DNA of 64,000 bases from Candidatus Woesearchaeota archaeon (lineage in GTDB: Archaea; Nanobdellota; Nanobdellia; Woesearchaeales; DSVV01): the NCBI GenBank assembly GCA_018657385.1, contig JABHXF010000023.1:1297-65296 (forward strand), written 5' to 3'. The position numbers and the translations under genes are program-made. The number at the start of each line of letters is the position of its first letter. Position 1 is the first letter of the stretch. Shown one piece after another: positions 18,360 to 28,256 of the stretch. The notes beneath the pieces were generated by a model. The model was given only the letters and a program-made list of their open reading frames with translations, did no database searches and was not told the origin of the DNA.

Positions 18360-19208
18360 ATGGTACTAGATATGTTAATAAACCCAGTACAGGCTGAGAA
18401 AAGACCTTGGCAGATGTTTTTTTTGGGAATTTTATTCTCATCATTAGCAATCATACTTAGTATTATTATTTTTTCTAAACATAGTTCTTTAGTGATGGTT
18501 TTTCTTACAGTTTTAGCAAGTTTTCCAATCATTTACAAAACAATTAAATTAGAAGAATACAAAGATGAGCAAGATCATTCAGAAACTTTTTTATTAAAAG
18601 AACATGCCCGAGCATTAGAGGTATTTATGTTTCTTTTTGTTGGTATTTTGGTATCTTGTACAATCTGGTTTGTATTTTTGCCAGCAGGTTATACAGCCCA
18701 AGTTTTTGGTGTACAAGCAGACACAATTAATACAATTAATACTGTTTATTTAGGTAATGCTATTAGTAACTCTGCATTTTTAACAATATTAACAAATAAT
18801 TTAAGAGTATTATCTATTTGTATCTTATTTTCTTTTTTGTATGGTGTTGGTGCATTATTTATTTTAACATGGAATGCAACAGTTATTGCAACTGCAGCAG
18901 GAATTTTTATTAGGGAAAACTTATCTACTTTAGGTTCAAGTATTGGGGCAATTTCAGTAGCCAAGTATTTTCATCTATTTTCTTTAGGAATATTAAAATA
19001 TATGGTACATGGTGTTTTTGAAATAATGGCCTATTTTGTTGCTGCTTTGGCTGGTGGTATAATCTCTGTTGCAGTAATTAGGCATGTTTTCGGATCTAAG
19101 AAATTTGAACGAATTATTTTTGATGTTTCAGAGTTATTAATCATTTCCATTGCACTTATAGCTATTTCTGCAGTTATTGAGGTATTTATTACACCAATAT
19201 TATTTTAA
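18360..19208 (+). CDS. Integral membrane protein, SpoIIM/DUF95-like
   Basis: Several TM helices are present. The motif ILTNNLRVLSICILFSFLYGVGALFILTWNATVIATAAG resembles the DUF95 NN...G.G...NG core. Confidence 0.55.
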   Translation: MVLDMLINPVQAEKRPWQMFFLGILFSSLAIILSIIIFSKHSSLVMVFLTVLASFPIIYKTIKLEEYKDEQDHSETFLLKEHARALEVFMFLFVGILVSCTIWFVFLPAGYTAQVFGVQADTINTINTVYLGNAISNSAFLTILTNNLRVLSICILFSFLYGVGALFILTWNATVIATAAGIFIRENLSTLGSSIGAISVAKYFHLFSLGILKYMVHGVFEIMAYFVAALAGGIISVAVIRHVFGSKKFERIIFDVSELLIISIALIAISAVIEVFITPILF

Positions 19209-19330
19209 TCAATAAACTCTAACAAATTATTATAATCACCCATAAACTCTCATATACTATTCTAAACACTCATGGGCCATCATAATCTCATATTAATACG
19301 TCTATGGATATACATAATAGAAATTGAATA

Positions 19331-19340
19331 AATATATATA
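19331..19340 (+). promoter_or_regulatory. TATA-like box for the 19363 ORF
   Basis: AATATATATA is centred about 27 nt upstream of the ATG at 19363. Confidence 0.45.
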
Positions 19341-19362
19341 TCCTAATGGGATTTATTTTTTT

Positions 19363-20676
19363 ATGTTAGATAAAGCTAAAATTATTCAATTAATAGGTCT
19401 AAAGGGGTTAGTTATTCCTAAGGATTTAATGAGTGAGTTTAATGCAGATACATTTATTATTGGGGCAACTTTATCTGAATTAGTAAGGGATGGTAAGCTT
19501 AAATTAACAACTGTAAAAATAGGTGGTAGTCCTTTTTATTATCTTCCAAATCAAATCGCTAAACTACAGGAATTAAATAAATATCTAAATGAAAAAGATC
19601 AGAGGGCATTTAATCTATTAAAAGAGAAGAAAGTACTAAAAGATTCTGAATTAACCCCTATACAGAGGGTATCAATGAGAGCTATTAAAGATTTTGCTCA
19701 ACCTATTGAAGTAAAAACACAAGAATCAACTGAAATATTCTGGAGATGGTATTTATTAACTCATCAAGAATGTATAGACTTAATTAAAGAAAATTATTTT
19801 CAAGAACAAAAGCAGCCAATAGTGCCATTACAATCAACTCCACAACAAATTCCTGTTAAAACAACCTCTTTACAACATACTCCACACACTACTTCAACTC
19901 CCCCAACCTCCCAAATTTCTCAAACTCCTTCAACTAATTTAACATCTTCAACTTTTCAAACAACTTCAAATGTTCAAACCCCTCCAACCCAAAAAAATTC
20001 AATACACCAAACACAGATTAACCAACCACTAACCAAACACCAACCAATCAAACAACAAGCAACATCTTCTCCTTTATTAACTCAACAACAACCAAATATA
20101 CAATCAGGAACTAAAGGGCATCTAGAAACCAAAGAACAATCTGAAATAAAACCAACTATTAAGGAGAAAATAAAAGCAGTTTTTGATGATATGACAAAAC
20201 AAAAAAAAGAAACCAAAGAAGTCATTAAACCTAAACAAGAAATAAAAAAACCCAAGCGTGAAACAAAGCCACCTCAAATTAAAAAAGTAAAGTCAGAAAC
20301 AAAAGATTCTAATCAGCCAGAAACAACAGATTCTCATCAAAAAACACTTTTTGAGGAACCAACTGGTGAGTTATATAAGAAAACAAAAAAATATTTTAAT
20401 AGAAACAACATTAAGTTAAATAATATAGAAGTTATACGTAAAGATAAGGATATGGATTGTATTGTTGAGATTCCATCTCCAGTTGGTGTTGTTGAATATT
20501 ATTGCAAAATTAAATCAAAGAAAAAATGTAATGATGGTGATCTTGCAACTGCTTACGTTAACGCACAGATGAAAAATTTACCTGCTTTGTTCATAACAAC
20601 TGGTGAAGTTACAAAAAAAGCACAAGAAATGTTAAAAACAAAATTTAAAAATATGAAAATCATAAATCTGAGGTGA
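19363..20676 (+). CDS. wHTH-like N-domain, ~200-aa low-complexity linker and C-terminal Mrr-like (PD-(D/E)xK) domain protein
   Basis: The ATG at 19363 is preferred over the TTG at 19324 because of the TATA spacing. The linker is first T/S/P/Q-rich and then K/E-rich. The C-terminus DMDCIVEIPSPVGVVEYYCKIKSKKKCNDGDLATAYVNAQMKNLPALFITTGEVTKKAQEML resembles the Mrr_cat pattern (D...E/Q-x-K...fiTt..ft..A). Confidence 0.5.
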   Translation: MLDKAKIIQLIGLKGLVIPKDLMSEFNADTFIIGATLSELVRDGKLKLTTVKIGGSPFYYLPNQIAKLQELNKYLNEKDQRAFNLLKEKKVLKDSELTPIQRVSMRAIKDFAQPIEVKTQESTEIFWRWYLLTHQECIDLIKENYFQEQKQPIVPLQSTPQQIPVKTTSLQHTPHTTSTPPTSQISQTPSTNLTSSTFQTTSNVQTPPTQKNSIHQTQINQPLTKHQPIKQQATSSPLLTQQQPNIQSGTKGHLETKEQSEIKPTIKEKIKAVFDDMTKQKKETKEVIKPKQEIKKPKRETKPPQIKKVKSETKDSNQPETTDSHQKTLFEEPTGELYKKTKKYFNRNNIKLNNIEVIRKDKDMDCIVEIPSPVGVVEYYCKIKSKKKCNDGDLATAYVNAQMKNLPALFITTGEVTKKAQEMLKTKFKNMKIINLR

Positions 20677-21434
20677 TATTAATGAATAAAAAAAATATGA
20701 AATATTTAATTGTCATTATTGTTGTTATTATGTTATTATTTATTGGTTGTGCAACCAAACAATATGAATGTCCTAATGGGGATGTTGTAGAGGATATTAC
20801 AACTTGTAATATCAATGGGGAACTTGATGAAACTTCGTCTGAATCAACTACACAACAACAAGAACAATCAACAACACCAGCTGAAACAACTATTTCAGAA
20901 ACAAATAATGGTAATCAATTAACTGATTCTCTTGTAGAAGAACCAATAACAAAAACAATTGGTATTCCACAACTATCATTAACTCAAACACAAAAAGATA
21001 AATTAAATGAATTATTAAATAATAAAAAGTCAATTATTTACCCGCCTATGTTGGGTGTTAATGATCAACTTCCTATTGGTGGCACATATACTTTTGCATA
21101 TGGTATAAAGAATCCAACAGTACTATCAAAAGAGTTTTTTTATTCAATAAAACTTATTGATTCTAAAACTGAATCTTTAAGTAATGCTGGTGCAGATGAT
21201 ACTGTTCTTGATTGGTTTTTACCAAATACTGATTTAGATGCAACATATACTTTAGGGAAAAATGAGATTGTTTATGTCCCTCTTATTGTAGTAATTGGAG
21301 ACAAGATGAATAAAGATGGTAAAAAAACAGTTGATGGTACATATGACTTCAGGGTTACCTCAGAAACTATTGATGGTGTATTTACTGACGACCATCATTA
21401 TACTGATTTTGTTATAAGGGTATCTAATGATTAA
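20673..21434 (+). CDS. Lipobox-containing secreted protein (253 aa)
   Basis: The signal MKYLIVIIVVIMLLFIGC carries an F-I-G-C lipobox. The start is either GTG at 20673, overlapping the previous stop, or ATG at 20682. An S/T/Q/E linker is followed by a beta-rich domain. Confidence 0.6.
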   Translation: MILMNKKNMKYLIVIIVVIMLLFIGCATKQYECPNGDVVEDITTCNINGELDETSSESTTQQQEQSTTPAETTISETNNGNQLTDSLVEEPITKTIGIPQLSLTQTQKDKLNELLNNKKSIIYPPMLGVNDQLPIGGTYTFAYGIKNPTVLSKEFFYSIKLIDSKTESLSNAGADDTVLDWFLPNTDLDATYTLGKNEIVYVPLIVVIGDKMNKDGKKTVDGTYDFRVTSETIDGVFTDDHHYTDFVIRVSND

Positions 21435-21486
21435 TTTAATTATTTTTAATTATTTTTTAAAATTTTAAAATAAGCGTGGTATTAAA

Positions 21487-22518
21487 ATGGGCATAGCAAT
21501 AAAAGATATTTTAATTTCAAAAGAGATTTCCATTCCTGATCTTAGAAATAAAACTCTTGCAGTTGATTCATTTAATATGTTATATCAATTTCTAACTACA
21601 ATTAGGGCGAGAGATGGTAGTTTATTAACAAATCAAAATGGTGATGTTACTTCACATCTTATTGGGTTGTTTTCTAGGGTAACAAATATGATGGAACAAG
21701 GTTTAAAGTTAGCTTTTGTTTTTGATGGTACGCCTCCACAATTAAAAAGACATGAACAACAAAGAAGGGCAGAACTAAAAAAAGAAGCAAAAAAAGAGTA
21801 TGAAATTGCAAAACAGCGAGAAGATATTGATGGGATGCGTAAATATGCATCAAGGACAACAAAATTAACAAAAGACATGGTTAGCGATGCAAAAGAATTA
21901 ATTTCTTATCTTGGTCTACCAATTATTCAAGCAAAATCAGAAGGGGAAGCACAAGCAGCTTATTTAGTTAAACAAAAACATGCCTTTGCAACTATCAGTC
22001 AAGATTTTGATACATTGTTACATGGTTCTGATTATCTTGTTAGGAATCTATCAATTGCAGGAAAACGAAAAAGAACAAATAAGCTTGGTTATATTACTGT
22101 TAAACCTGAATTAATTAATCTTTCTGATAATCTTAATCACTTAGGTGTTGATCAAGACCAACTAATTGCATTATCAATGTTAATTGGAACAGATTATAAT
22201 ATTGGTGGTATAAAAGGTATTGGTCCTAAAAAAGCAATTACACTTGTCAAACAACATAATAAAGATTACAATGAAATGTTTAAATCAGTTAAATGGAATG
22301 ATTATTTTGATTATGATTGGGAAGATGTTTTTTATTTAATCAAAAATATTCCAATTGAAAAAAACTTTGATATTAAATTTACTTCTCCAGATTTTAATAA
22401 GATTACTGAATTTTTATGTGAAAAACATGGTTTTGAGAAAGAAAGAGTAGAAAAAACCTTAAATAAAATTGCTAATTCAAAAGATATTAAACAAAAAGGC
22501 TTGGGTGACTTTTTCTAA
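21487..22518 (+). CDS. fen: Flap endonuclease 1
   Basis: Contains MGIAIKDIL...LAVDSFNMLYQFLTTIRARDGSLLTNQNGDVTSHLIGLFSRV...AFVFDGTPPQLK and a C-terminal PIP-like GLGDFF. Confidence 0.92.
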   Translation: MGIAIKDILISKEISIPDLRNKTLAVDSFNMLYQFLTTIRARDGSLLTNQNGDVTSHLIGLFSRVTNMMEQGLKLAFVFDGTPPQLKRHEQQRRAELKKEAKKEYEIAKQREDIDGMRKYASRTTKLTKDMVSDAKELISYLGLPIIQAKSEGEAQAAYLVKQKHAFATISQDFDTLLHGSDYLVRNLSIAGKRKRTNKLGYITVKPELINLSDNLNHLGVDQDQLIALSMLIGTDYNIGGIKGIGPKKAITLVKQHNKDYNEMFKSVKWNDYFDYDWEDVFYLIKNIPIEKNFDIKFTSPDFNKITEFLCEKHGFEKERVEKTLNKIANSKDIKQKGLGDFF

Positions 22519-22677
22519 ACAAACATGTCGGAATGACTCCTTTTTATTATATTATTGAATAAACCATATCAAAACCTATATATAATAGTAAATAAATGAA
22601 TCTATTTATATAGCTAAAACTATATATAAAAGATAATATATAATTTAAATTAAAAATACATTAAAAACATAAAAAAA

Positions 22678-25600
22678 GTGGTGATTATGGCTGAAGACCC
22701 TCAATCAGGAAGATGGCAGACTTTTAAACAAGGTTTTTCTAATTATAGGGCAGAAAAAAAGCAAGCAAAAAATGCAAATAAAGCAAGTGCTGCTAAGATT
22801 AAGGCTGATATGGATGGAGTCAAAGTTGCAAGGATGGATGAAAACGAAAGAAGACAATTACTACAACAACATCAAGAAGATTTAGACAAATTACAGCCAA
22901 AACGAGCATTTCTAAAAAATCTGTCAGGAAAAGGGGGCACAGCTACCAAAGCAGCCACTCTAGGAATAGGTGCTTGGTTGGGTAGTAAGTTTAAGCGAAA
23001 TTCTGAACCTAAGAAATTTCATGATACTGACAAAGTTTGGAAATGGAGATTTTTTTCTTATATTATTTTATGTATTGTTTGGCATTATGGTCTCTTAATA
23101 CAACTAGAAATCCCACCATTTGGAAAAGCTATGTTAAATATTGTTTTTGCGTTAATCACATATTTCTGGGCTGTTCCACAAGAAGAAAGAACAAGTAATC
23201 GCATATGGGAATTTTTAGTAGTTATTTTCATACTTTATTATTCAGTTGAAGTATTAGGAGTTATGTTAGTTGGAATAGCACCTGCTTCAATTGGTGCATT
23301 TATTCATGGTTGGTTATTAAATCCTTTATTGACACCATGGTGGCTTTTTTATGCACTCTTTGTTAGAGTTCAGGGCAGAGCATGGTTAGGTGATATACCT
23401 ACTATTGTTGTTCTTGTTCTTTATATTACAGCAGGGTTAGGTGTTGGTACTTCTCTTGCTGGTACACCCTTACAAAGTCAATTGTCAGAAAAGGGGTTTA
23501 GTCTTGATAGGACACATATTGAGAATTTTAATGATTTTTTAAGCAGAGCTGCTGATTTCTGGAAATATATTTGGGATAATATTGTTAAATCATTCAAGGG
23601 ATTTAAACTATTTTGGTATAAACGTATTGATATAGCCACAGGTGGAGATTATTATACAGGAAGGGTTGAACAAGCAGAAGATGAACCATTGGGTGTAACA
23701 ATAGAAAATGTTAAAACAGCTGATTATGAATTTGAGACTGATGAAAAAATAGTTGTTTATGGTACTATCAAGGCACATACATTAGATGATGGTATTAGAA
23801 TAAAACCTGGTTGTTTTTTAGGTTATAAAAGAGATTATGAAGAAAAATATATTGAAGGGAATGTAAATGTTGGTCCTTCTAACGATTATTTAGTATTTGA
23901 TATGGATGAACAAGATATGGATTGTATTTTACCTCCAACAGCAGAAGTTAAGGCCATATTAGAAAAATCTAAAACAGTTACATTAACTGCAGAATTTAAT
24001 TTTGAAACAATGGCATATCTTAAAACTTATTTCATGTATCAAGATAGATTAAGAAGTTTACAAAGACAAGGTCTTGATCCATTAAATGAATTTGGTATTA
24101 AAGATAATAATCCTACTGCGGTATTTACTAATGGGCCTGTAATGCTTGGTATTGGTACAAAAAAACCACCTTATGGTGTTGCAATTGCAGGTCTTAGTGG
24201 TTCTTCAGATAATTTGTTAAGGGTTGGAGTAACAGTTGATAATAATTATGGTTGGAAAGGTAAGATTAAAAAAATTAATCAAGTAATAATGGTTGTTCCA
24301 GAAGAATTAGAAATTGTTAATTCTGCTTGTAGTCACGTATTTAATAAATATGCTGACTCTACAAACCTAGACTCCTGTGTTAAAGATTATATTGATTATA
24401 ACAGCAGACCATTTATTGAATGTGCAGACAAGGTATGGCAGGAAGGAGGAGATTACTTTGATAAATATGATAAAGAACATTTAGCACAAGCAAAGATTAA
24501 TAATAATGTTAAGACTTGTGTTAGGAAAGTTTGTACAAAAGAGTATGAGGGTTATATTGGCTATGCATTAAATACTGCCTTTTCTAGTAAAGGTTTAGAA
24601 GATATTGAAAATTATAAAACCTTTAGTTGTAACTTTAAAGTAAGACCAGGTACAGAACAAGATTTATTAGGGACAGCACCTGTTTCTGTAAGGTATTTAA
24701 GGGCTAAGGTTAGATATGATTATGAAATTGAAAAGTCCACAAGTGTTAGAATAAAAAAAGACTATAATAAATATGGTTCAGGTATTATGGACCATTCACA
24801 ATCTTTGTATAGTGATCCGCAAAAAATATATGAAACAGTTGGTCAAAAAACATGGAAATCTATTAATAATAATCCGCATGTAGCTGCTGTTGAACCTTGT
24901 TTAGCTATTGCATTACTAATTGAGGCAAGTGGTGGCCAAGAATATTATAATAAAAATGGTCAACAAGGATTATTTACTTTAAGTCCTAAACTAACTAAAA
25001 AAATAGCAGAAAAATTAGGTGATACAAGCCAAAACTTAATGGATATTGATACAAATATTAAGTATGGTATGGAATTATTAAATGATTTAAAAACAGGAAG
25101 TGTAAATTATTTAGGTGCGGACAATACAATTATTCCTGCAAATGAAAATGAGTTGATGATTCTCTTTAAGGAAGCAGTTACAAATGATCAAGTTAAATAT
25201 GATTCAATTAAACCAAGTGTAAAGGAATCATGCAATCAAGAAAAAGCATATCTTTGTAAAGAAGATCCCTTTTATTCTAAATATCATGGTTATGAATTAA
25301 CAATTGAATCTTTAAAAGATTATTGTAAAAAACCTGGAACACAAGCATTATTAGAGAAGGTAAAAGATTTTGATTTAATTAAGGAAGAAAATCCTAATTT
25401 TTGGTCTCCATTTAAGTCAATTAAGGTTACAAAAGAAACAAAAGATGTAAACCCAAGTTTAGATGAAGATTATGAAGTCAAAGTTACAAAAACATTTAGC
25501 GAAGATAAGAAAAAGATTCAAGTTGGGGTAAAATTAATAAAAGATAATAAAGAAAAATTCTCTAAATCTTTTAATCTTAATCAAGAAAATTCTGCAGATA

Positions 25601-25980
25601 CTGCTTGGTATTATGGTGATAAATATCCTTTTATTAGGGCAAGATTAAAATCTGTAAATTTTGAAACAGGTGATGTTGTTATAGATGTTCAAGATTTTGA
25701 ATTTACTATAAAAAAAGTTGAAATACCTTACAATCCAACATCTCTCAAGAAAGATGTATGGGTTGATAGTTCAACTGAAGAAACAATTGTAAGGGCTCTA
25801 TTTAATAAACCTACAAATACTTTGGTATTTTACGATAATGGAAATAATCAACTTTGCACAATCAAATTGACAACTTCAAAAACATGTGCAAATTTACCAG
25901 AAATAAAAGTATATCAACTTAATGATGTTAATGATGACTGGTTTGAAGGTTATGTTGAGTTTAATCCTCAAAAAGAATAA
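22678..25980 (+). CDS. Polytopic membrane protein (1100 aa) with a ~830-aa ectodomain carrying a lytic-transglycosylase-like segment
   Basis: The N-terminal ~120 aa are basic and presumably cytoplasmic. A hydrophobic block of about 5-6 helices lies at ~23040-23470. A large hydrophilic C-terminal region follows. The start is GTG at 22678 or ATG at 22687. Confidence 0.75.
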   Translation: MVIMAEDPQSGRWQTFKQGFSNYRAEKKQAKNANKASAAKIKADMDGVKVARMDENERRQLLQQHQEDLDKLQPKRAFLKNLSGKGGTATKAATLGIGAWLGSKFKRNSEPKKFHDTDKVWKWRFFSYIILCIVWHYGLLIQLEIPPFGKAMLNIVFALITYFWAVPQEERTSNRIWEFLVVIFILYYSVEVLGVMLVGIAPASIGAFIHGWLLNPLLTPWWLFYALFVRVQGRAWLGDIPTIVVLVLYITAGLGVGTSLAGTPLQSQLSEKGFSLDRTHIENFNDFLSRAADFWKYIWDNIVKSFKGFKLFWYKRIDIATGGDYYTGRVEQAEDEPLGVTIENVKTADYEFETDEKIVVYGTIKAHTLDDGIRIKPGCFLGYKRDYEEKYIEGNVNVGPSNDYLVFDMDEQDMDCILPPTAEVKAILEKSKTVTLTAEFNFETMAYLKTYFMYQDRLRSLQRQGLDPLNEFGIKDNNPTAVFTNGPVMLGIGTKKPPYGVAIAGLSGSSDNLLRVGVTVDNNYGWKGKIKKINQVIMVVPEELEIVNSACSHVFNKYADSTNLDSCVKDYIDYNSRPFIECADKVWQEGGDYFDKYDKEHLAQAKINNNVKTCVRKVCTKEYEGYIGYALNTAFSSKGLEDIENYKTFSCNFKVRPGTEQDLLGTAPVSVRYLRAKVRYDYEIEKSTSVRIKKDYNKYGSGIMDHSQSLYSDPQKIYETVGQKTWKSINNNPHVAAVEPCLAIALLIEASGGQEYYNKNGQQGLFTLSPKLTKKIAEKLGDTSQNLMDIDTNIKYGMELLNDLKTGSVNYLGADNTIIPANENELMILFKEAVTNDQVKYDSIKPSVKESCNQEKAYLCKEDPFYSKYHGYELTIESLKDYCKKPGTQALLEKVKDFDLIKEENPNFWSPFKSIKVTKETKDVNPSLDEDYEVKVTKTFSEDKKKIQVGVKLIKDNKEKFSKSFNLNQENSADTAWYYGDKYPFIRARLKSVNFETGDVVIDVQDFEFTIKKVEIPYNPTSLKKDVWVDSSTEETIVRALFNKPTNTLVFYDNGNNQLCTIKLTTSKTCANLPEIKVYQLNDVNDDWFEGYVEFNPQKE
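24881..25100 (+). other. SLT/lysozyme-like motif region within the 1100-aa protein
   Basis: CLAIALLIEASGGQEYYNKNGQQGLFTLSPKLTKKIAEKLG...NLMDIDTNIKYGMELLNDL aligns by eye to the family-1 lytic transglycosylase core (..ES....G..GLMQ........D...TNI..G..YL). The candidate catalytic Glu codon is at 24922-24924. Confidence 0.45.
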
Positions 25981-26019
25981 TAATTAAAATTCAAGTAAAT
26001 AATAAAGAAGATAAATAAG

Positions 26020-27057
26020 ATGGAAAAAAATAAATCAAACAAAAAAGCAATTATAATTGGAGTTTCACAACTCTTACTAGTCTTTATTTTATTATTCATT
26101 ACATCATGTGGTGATGGTGGAGAAACACACACAATTGATTTAGATTTTCATAAGGGTACAAAAGGTGTTGAGTTTGATGTTTTAGGAGTCATGGGTGAGA
26201 TTTACGAAGATACTGCATTTAAAATTATAATTAATGTTTTTAATAATGGTGCTTATGATCTTCCTGAAGCAAATGGTGGTTATGTTAATTTAAATCTTGA
26301 AGAAGATTATATGTGTCTTTCTGATGGCCAGAATTGTTTAACCACACAAAATGCAGGTGCTGCTATTAAACCATTAGGATACCTTAAAGGGAAATCTATT
26401 TTTAATCCATCTGGTGATTTTGAGATTCTTGAATATTATGTTCATGTTAAAGATATTGATAAACAAAGTTTTCAACATACAAGTAATGTTGGTATAAGTT
26501 TATGTTACCAATATCAAACAGATTTAATTACAGATATTTGTATTGATCCTTATTTTTATGAGCAATCAACAATAGAAAAACCATGTGTTGTTAAGGACTT
26601 AACTTTTTCAGGACAAGGTGCCCCATTAGTTGTTACAAAAATTGAAAACAAAATGTTATCTGATGGGAAAGATAGTGTAAGGCCAATGTTTATTATCCAT
26701 GTTTCTAAAACAGGAGATGGAGAAATAATTAATAAGGAAATGGTTAACAAAGTGTGTACAGCAGATCCTCTTGGACCAAATGCTTTTAATGTTGTTCATC
26801 TTCGTGAGCTAGAATTTATGGTTGGTAATACTCTCTATAAACACGACATAAACAATGAAAATTCAAATCTTAAATGTAATTTTTTAAATAAGAAAAGTGA
26901 AACAAAACTTAATCAAGGTAAGGCAAAAATAAAATGCACTGCAATAAAACCAATCAATAAAGATAGTGGTACTTTTTCAACACAATTAAAAATGATATTT
27001 GATTATGGGTATACTTATTCAAAATCAAAATCAGTTGTAATAAAACGTTTATATTAA
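26020..27057 (+). CDS. Lipobox surface protein, paralog 1 of 3 (345 aa)
   Basis: The signal LLVFILLFITSC carries a lipobox. Motifs are shared with the next two ORFs (IIINVFNNGAYDLP; SLCYQYQTDLITDICIDP; SGQGAPLVVTKIE; FIIHVSKTGDGEII). Confidence 0.7.
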   Translation: MEKNKSNKKAIIIGVSQLLLVFILLFITSCGDGGETHTIDLDFHKGTKGVEFDVLGVMGEIYEDTAFKIIINVFNNGAYDLPEANGGYVNLNLEEDYMCLSDGQNCLTTQNAGAAIKPLGYLKGKSIFNPSGDFEILEYYVHVKDIDKQSFQHTSNVGISLCYQYQTDLITDICIDPYFYEQSTIEKPCVVKDLTFSGQGAPLVVTKIENKMLSDGKDSVRPMFIIHVSKTGDGEIINKEMVNKVCTADPLGPNAFNVVHLRELEFMVGNTLYKHDINNENSNLKCNFLNKKSETKLNQGKAKIKCTAIKPINKDSGTFSTQLKMIFDYGYTYSKSKSVVIKRLY

Positions 27058-27106
27058 TTAAATATACCAAATTAAAATTCAAGCAATTCGAAAAAACATA
27101 ATAAAA

Positions 27107-28045
27107 ATGAAGTCAAATAATATCAATTCCACAATTAAAAGATACAATAAATTATTATTGTTATTACTTTTATTAGTTTCAATTTTAATTATTTCATGTA
27201 GTGGCTCTCCTAAACAAGGTGACCTTATGCATGGTAGTAAAGGTATTGAATTAGAAGTGAAATATTTCAAACCAAATCACCAGTTTGTACATGGTGAGTT
27301 TATGAACTTATTTATTGAGGTTATGAACAAAGGAGTTTATGATAACCCTACCGGGTTTATTAAAATAATTGGCCATGATTCAAATGCCATTTCTTTTAAA
27401 GAAACAAAGAAAGATCTTCCATCCCTAGTTGGTAAAAAACCATATATACCAGAAGGGGATTCATTTATTTTAAAATTTGAAGAAACTGCCCCATTAAATG
27501 TTCCTTATGGTTCATCTCATCAATCAAATTTATTAATTTCTGCTTGTTATAATTATCAAACAAATGCAATTGTTACTGTATGTATTCCTACACTTAAAGA
27601 ATATGCAGAAGGTTCACCTGTATGTAAGACTGGAGCAAAAAGCTTATCTTCTCAGGGTGCACCAGTAGCTGTTACATATATTGAACCAAGTGTTGGGGCA
27701 GATGAATTACAATATATTATTCATGTTTCTAATGTTGGAGATGGGGTAATTATTAAAGAGGATATGTTAAGTAATTGCCCATCTGAAATCGGTCCTTCAG
27801 ATATTGATGAAGTCAGAATTGATGTACAAATCTCAGCTTTAGGAACAGCAACATGTACAAATAATAATCTAATCAAGTTATATGATGGTAACGGTGCAAC
27901 AATTTGTAGAATTAAGAAAGGTACAGGTGATGTTAGCTATGAAACTCAAATGGGTATCTTATTAAATTATGCATATACTTCTTCAATAAAAGAAAGTATT
28001 AACATAGTAGATCCATTTTATACTGGTAAGGAGAAATATGAATGA
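27107..28045 (+). CDS. Lipobox surface protein, paralog 2 of 3 (312 aa)
   Basis: The signal LLLVSILIISC carries a lipobox. Motifs: FIEVMNKGVYDNP; SACYNYQTNAIVTVCIP; SSQGAPVAVTYIE; YIIHVSNVGDGVII. Confidence 0.7.
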   Translation: MKSNNINSTIKRYNKLLLLLLLLVSILIISCSGSPKQGDLMHGSKGIELEVKYFKPNHQFVHGEFMNLFIEVMNKGVYDNPTGFIKIIGHDSNAISFKETKKDLPSLVGKKPYIPEGDSFILKFEETAPLNVPYGSSHQSNLLISACYNYQTNAIVTVCIPTLKEYAEGSPVCKTGAKSLSSQGAPVAVTYIEPSVGADELQYIIHVSNVGDGVIIKEDMLSNCPSEIGPSDIDEVRIDVQISALGTATCTNNNLIKLYDGNGATICRIKKGTGDVSYETQMGILLNYAYTSSIKESINIVDPFYTGKEKYE

Positions 28046-28256
28046 TTGAAAACCAAGAAAATCCAGTAAAATAATCAAAATTGCCTAATATAACTAAAAT
28101 TAATCAATAATTAACCAAAAACTATATATATAGTTTAACATAATATTTATATACTCACATATAAGATAACATAAATATAATAAAAGTATAATAGTGATAT
28201 TATTTAAAATAACATAACTAAAAAATAATTAAAAAAGAAAAAAGAGGAGGATATAT

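Noticed and set aside
19324-19362. TTG start at 19324 proposed by the ORF track for the wHTH/Mrr-like protein.
   Set aside because: The 13 extra codons overlap the AATATATATA box. The ATG at 19363 has the same ~27-nt TATA spacing seen at other leaderless genes.
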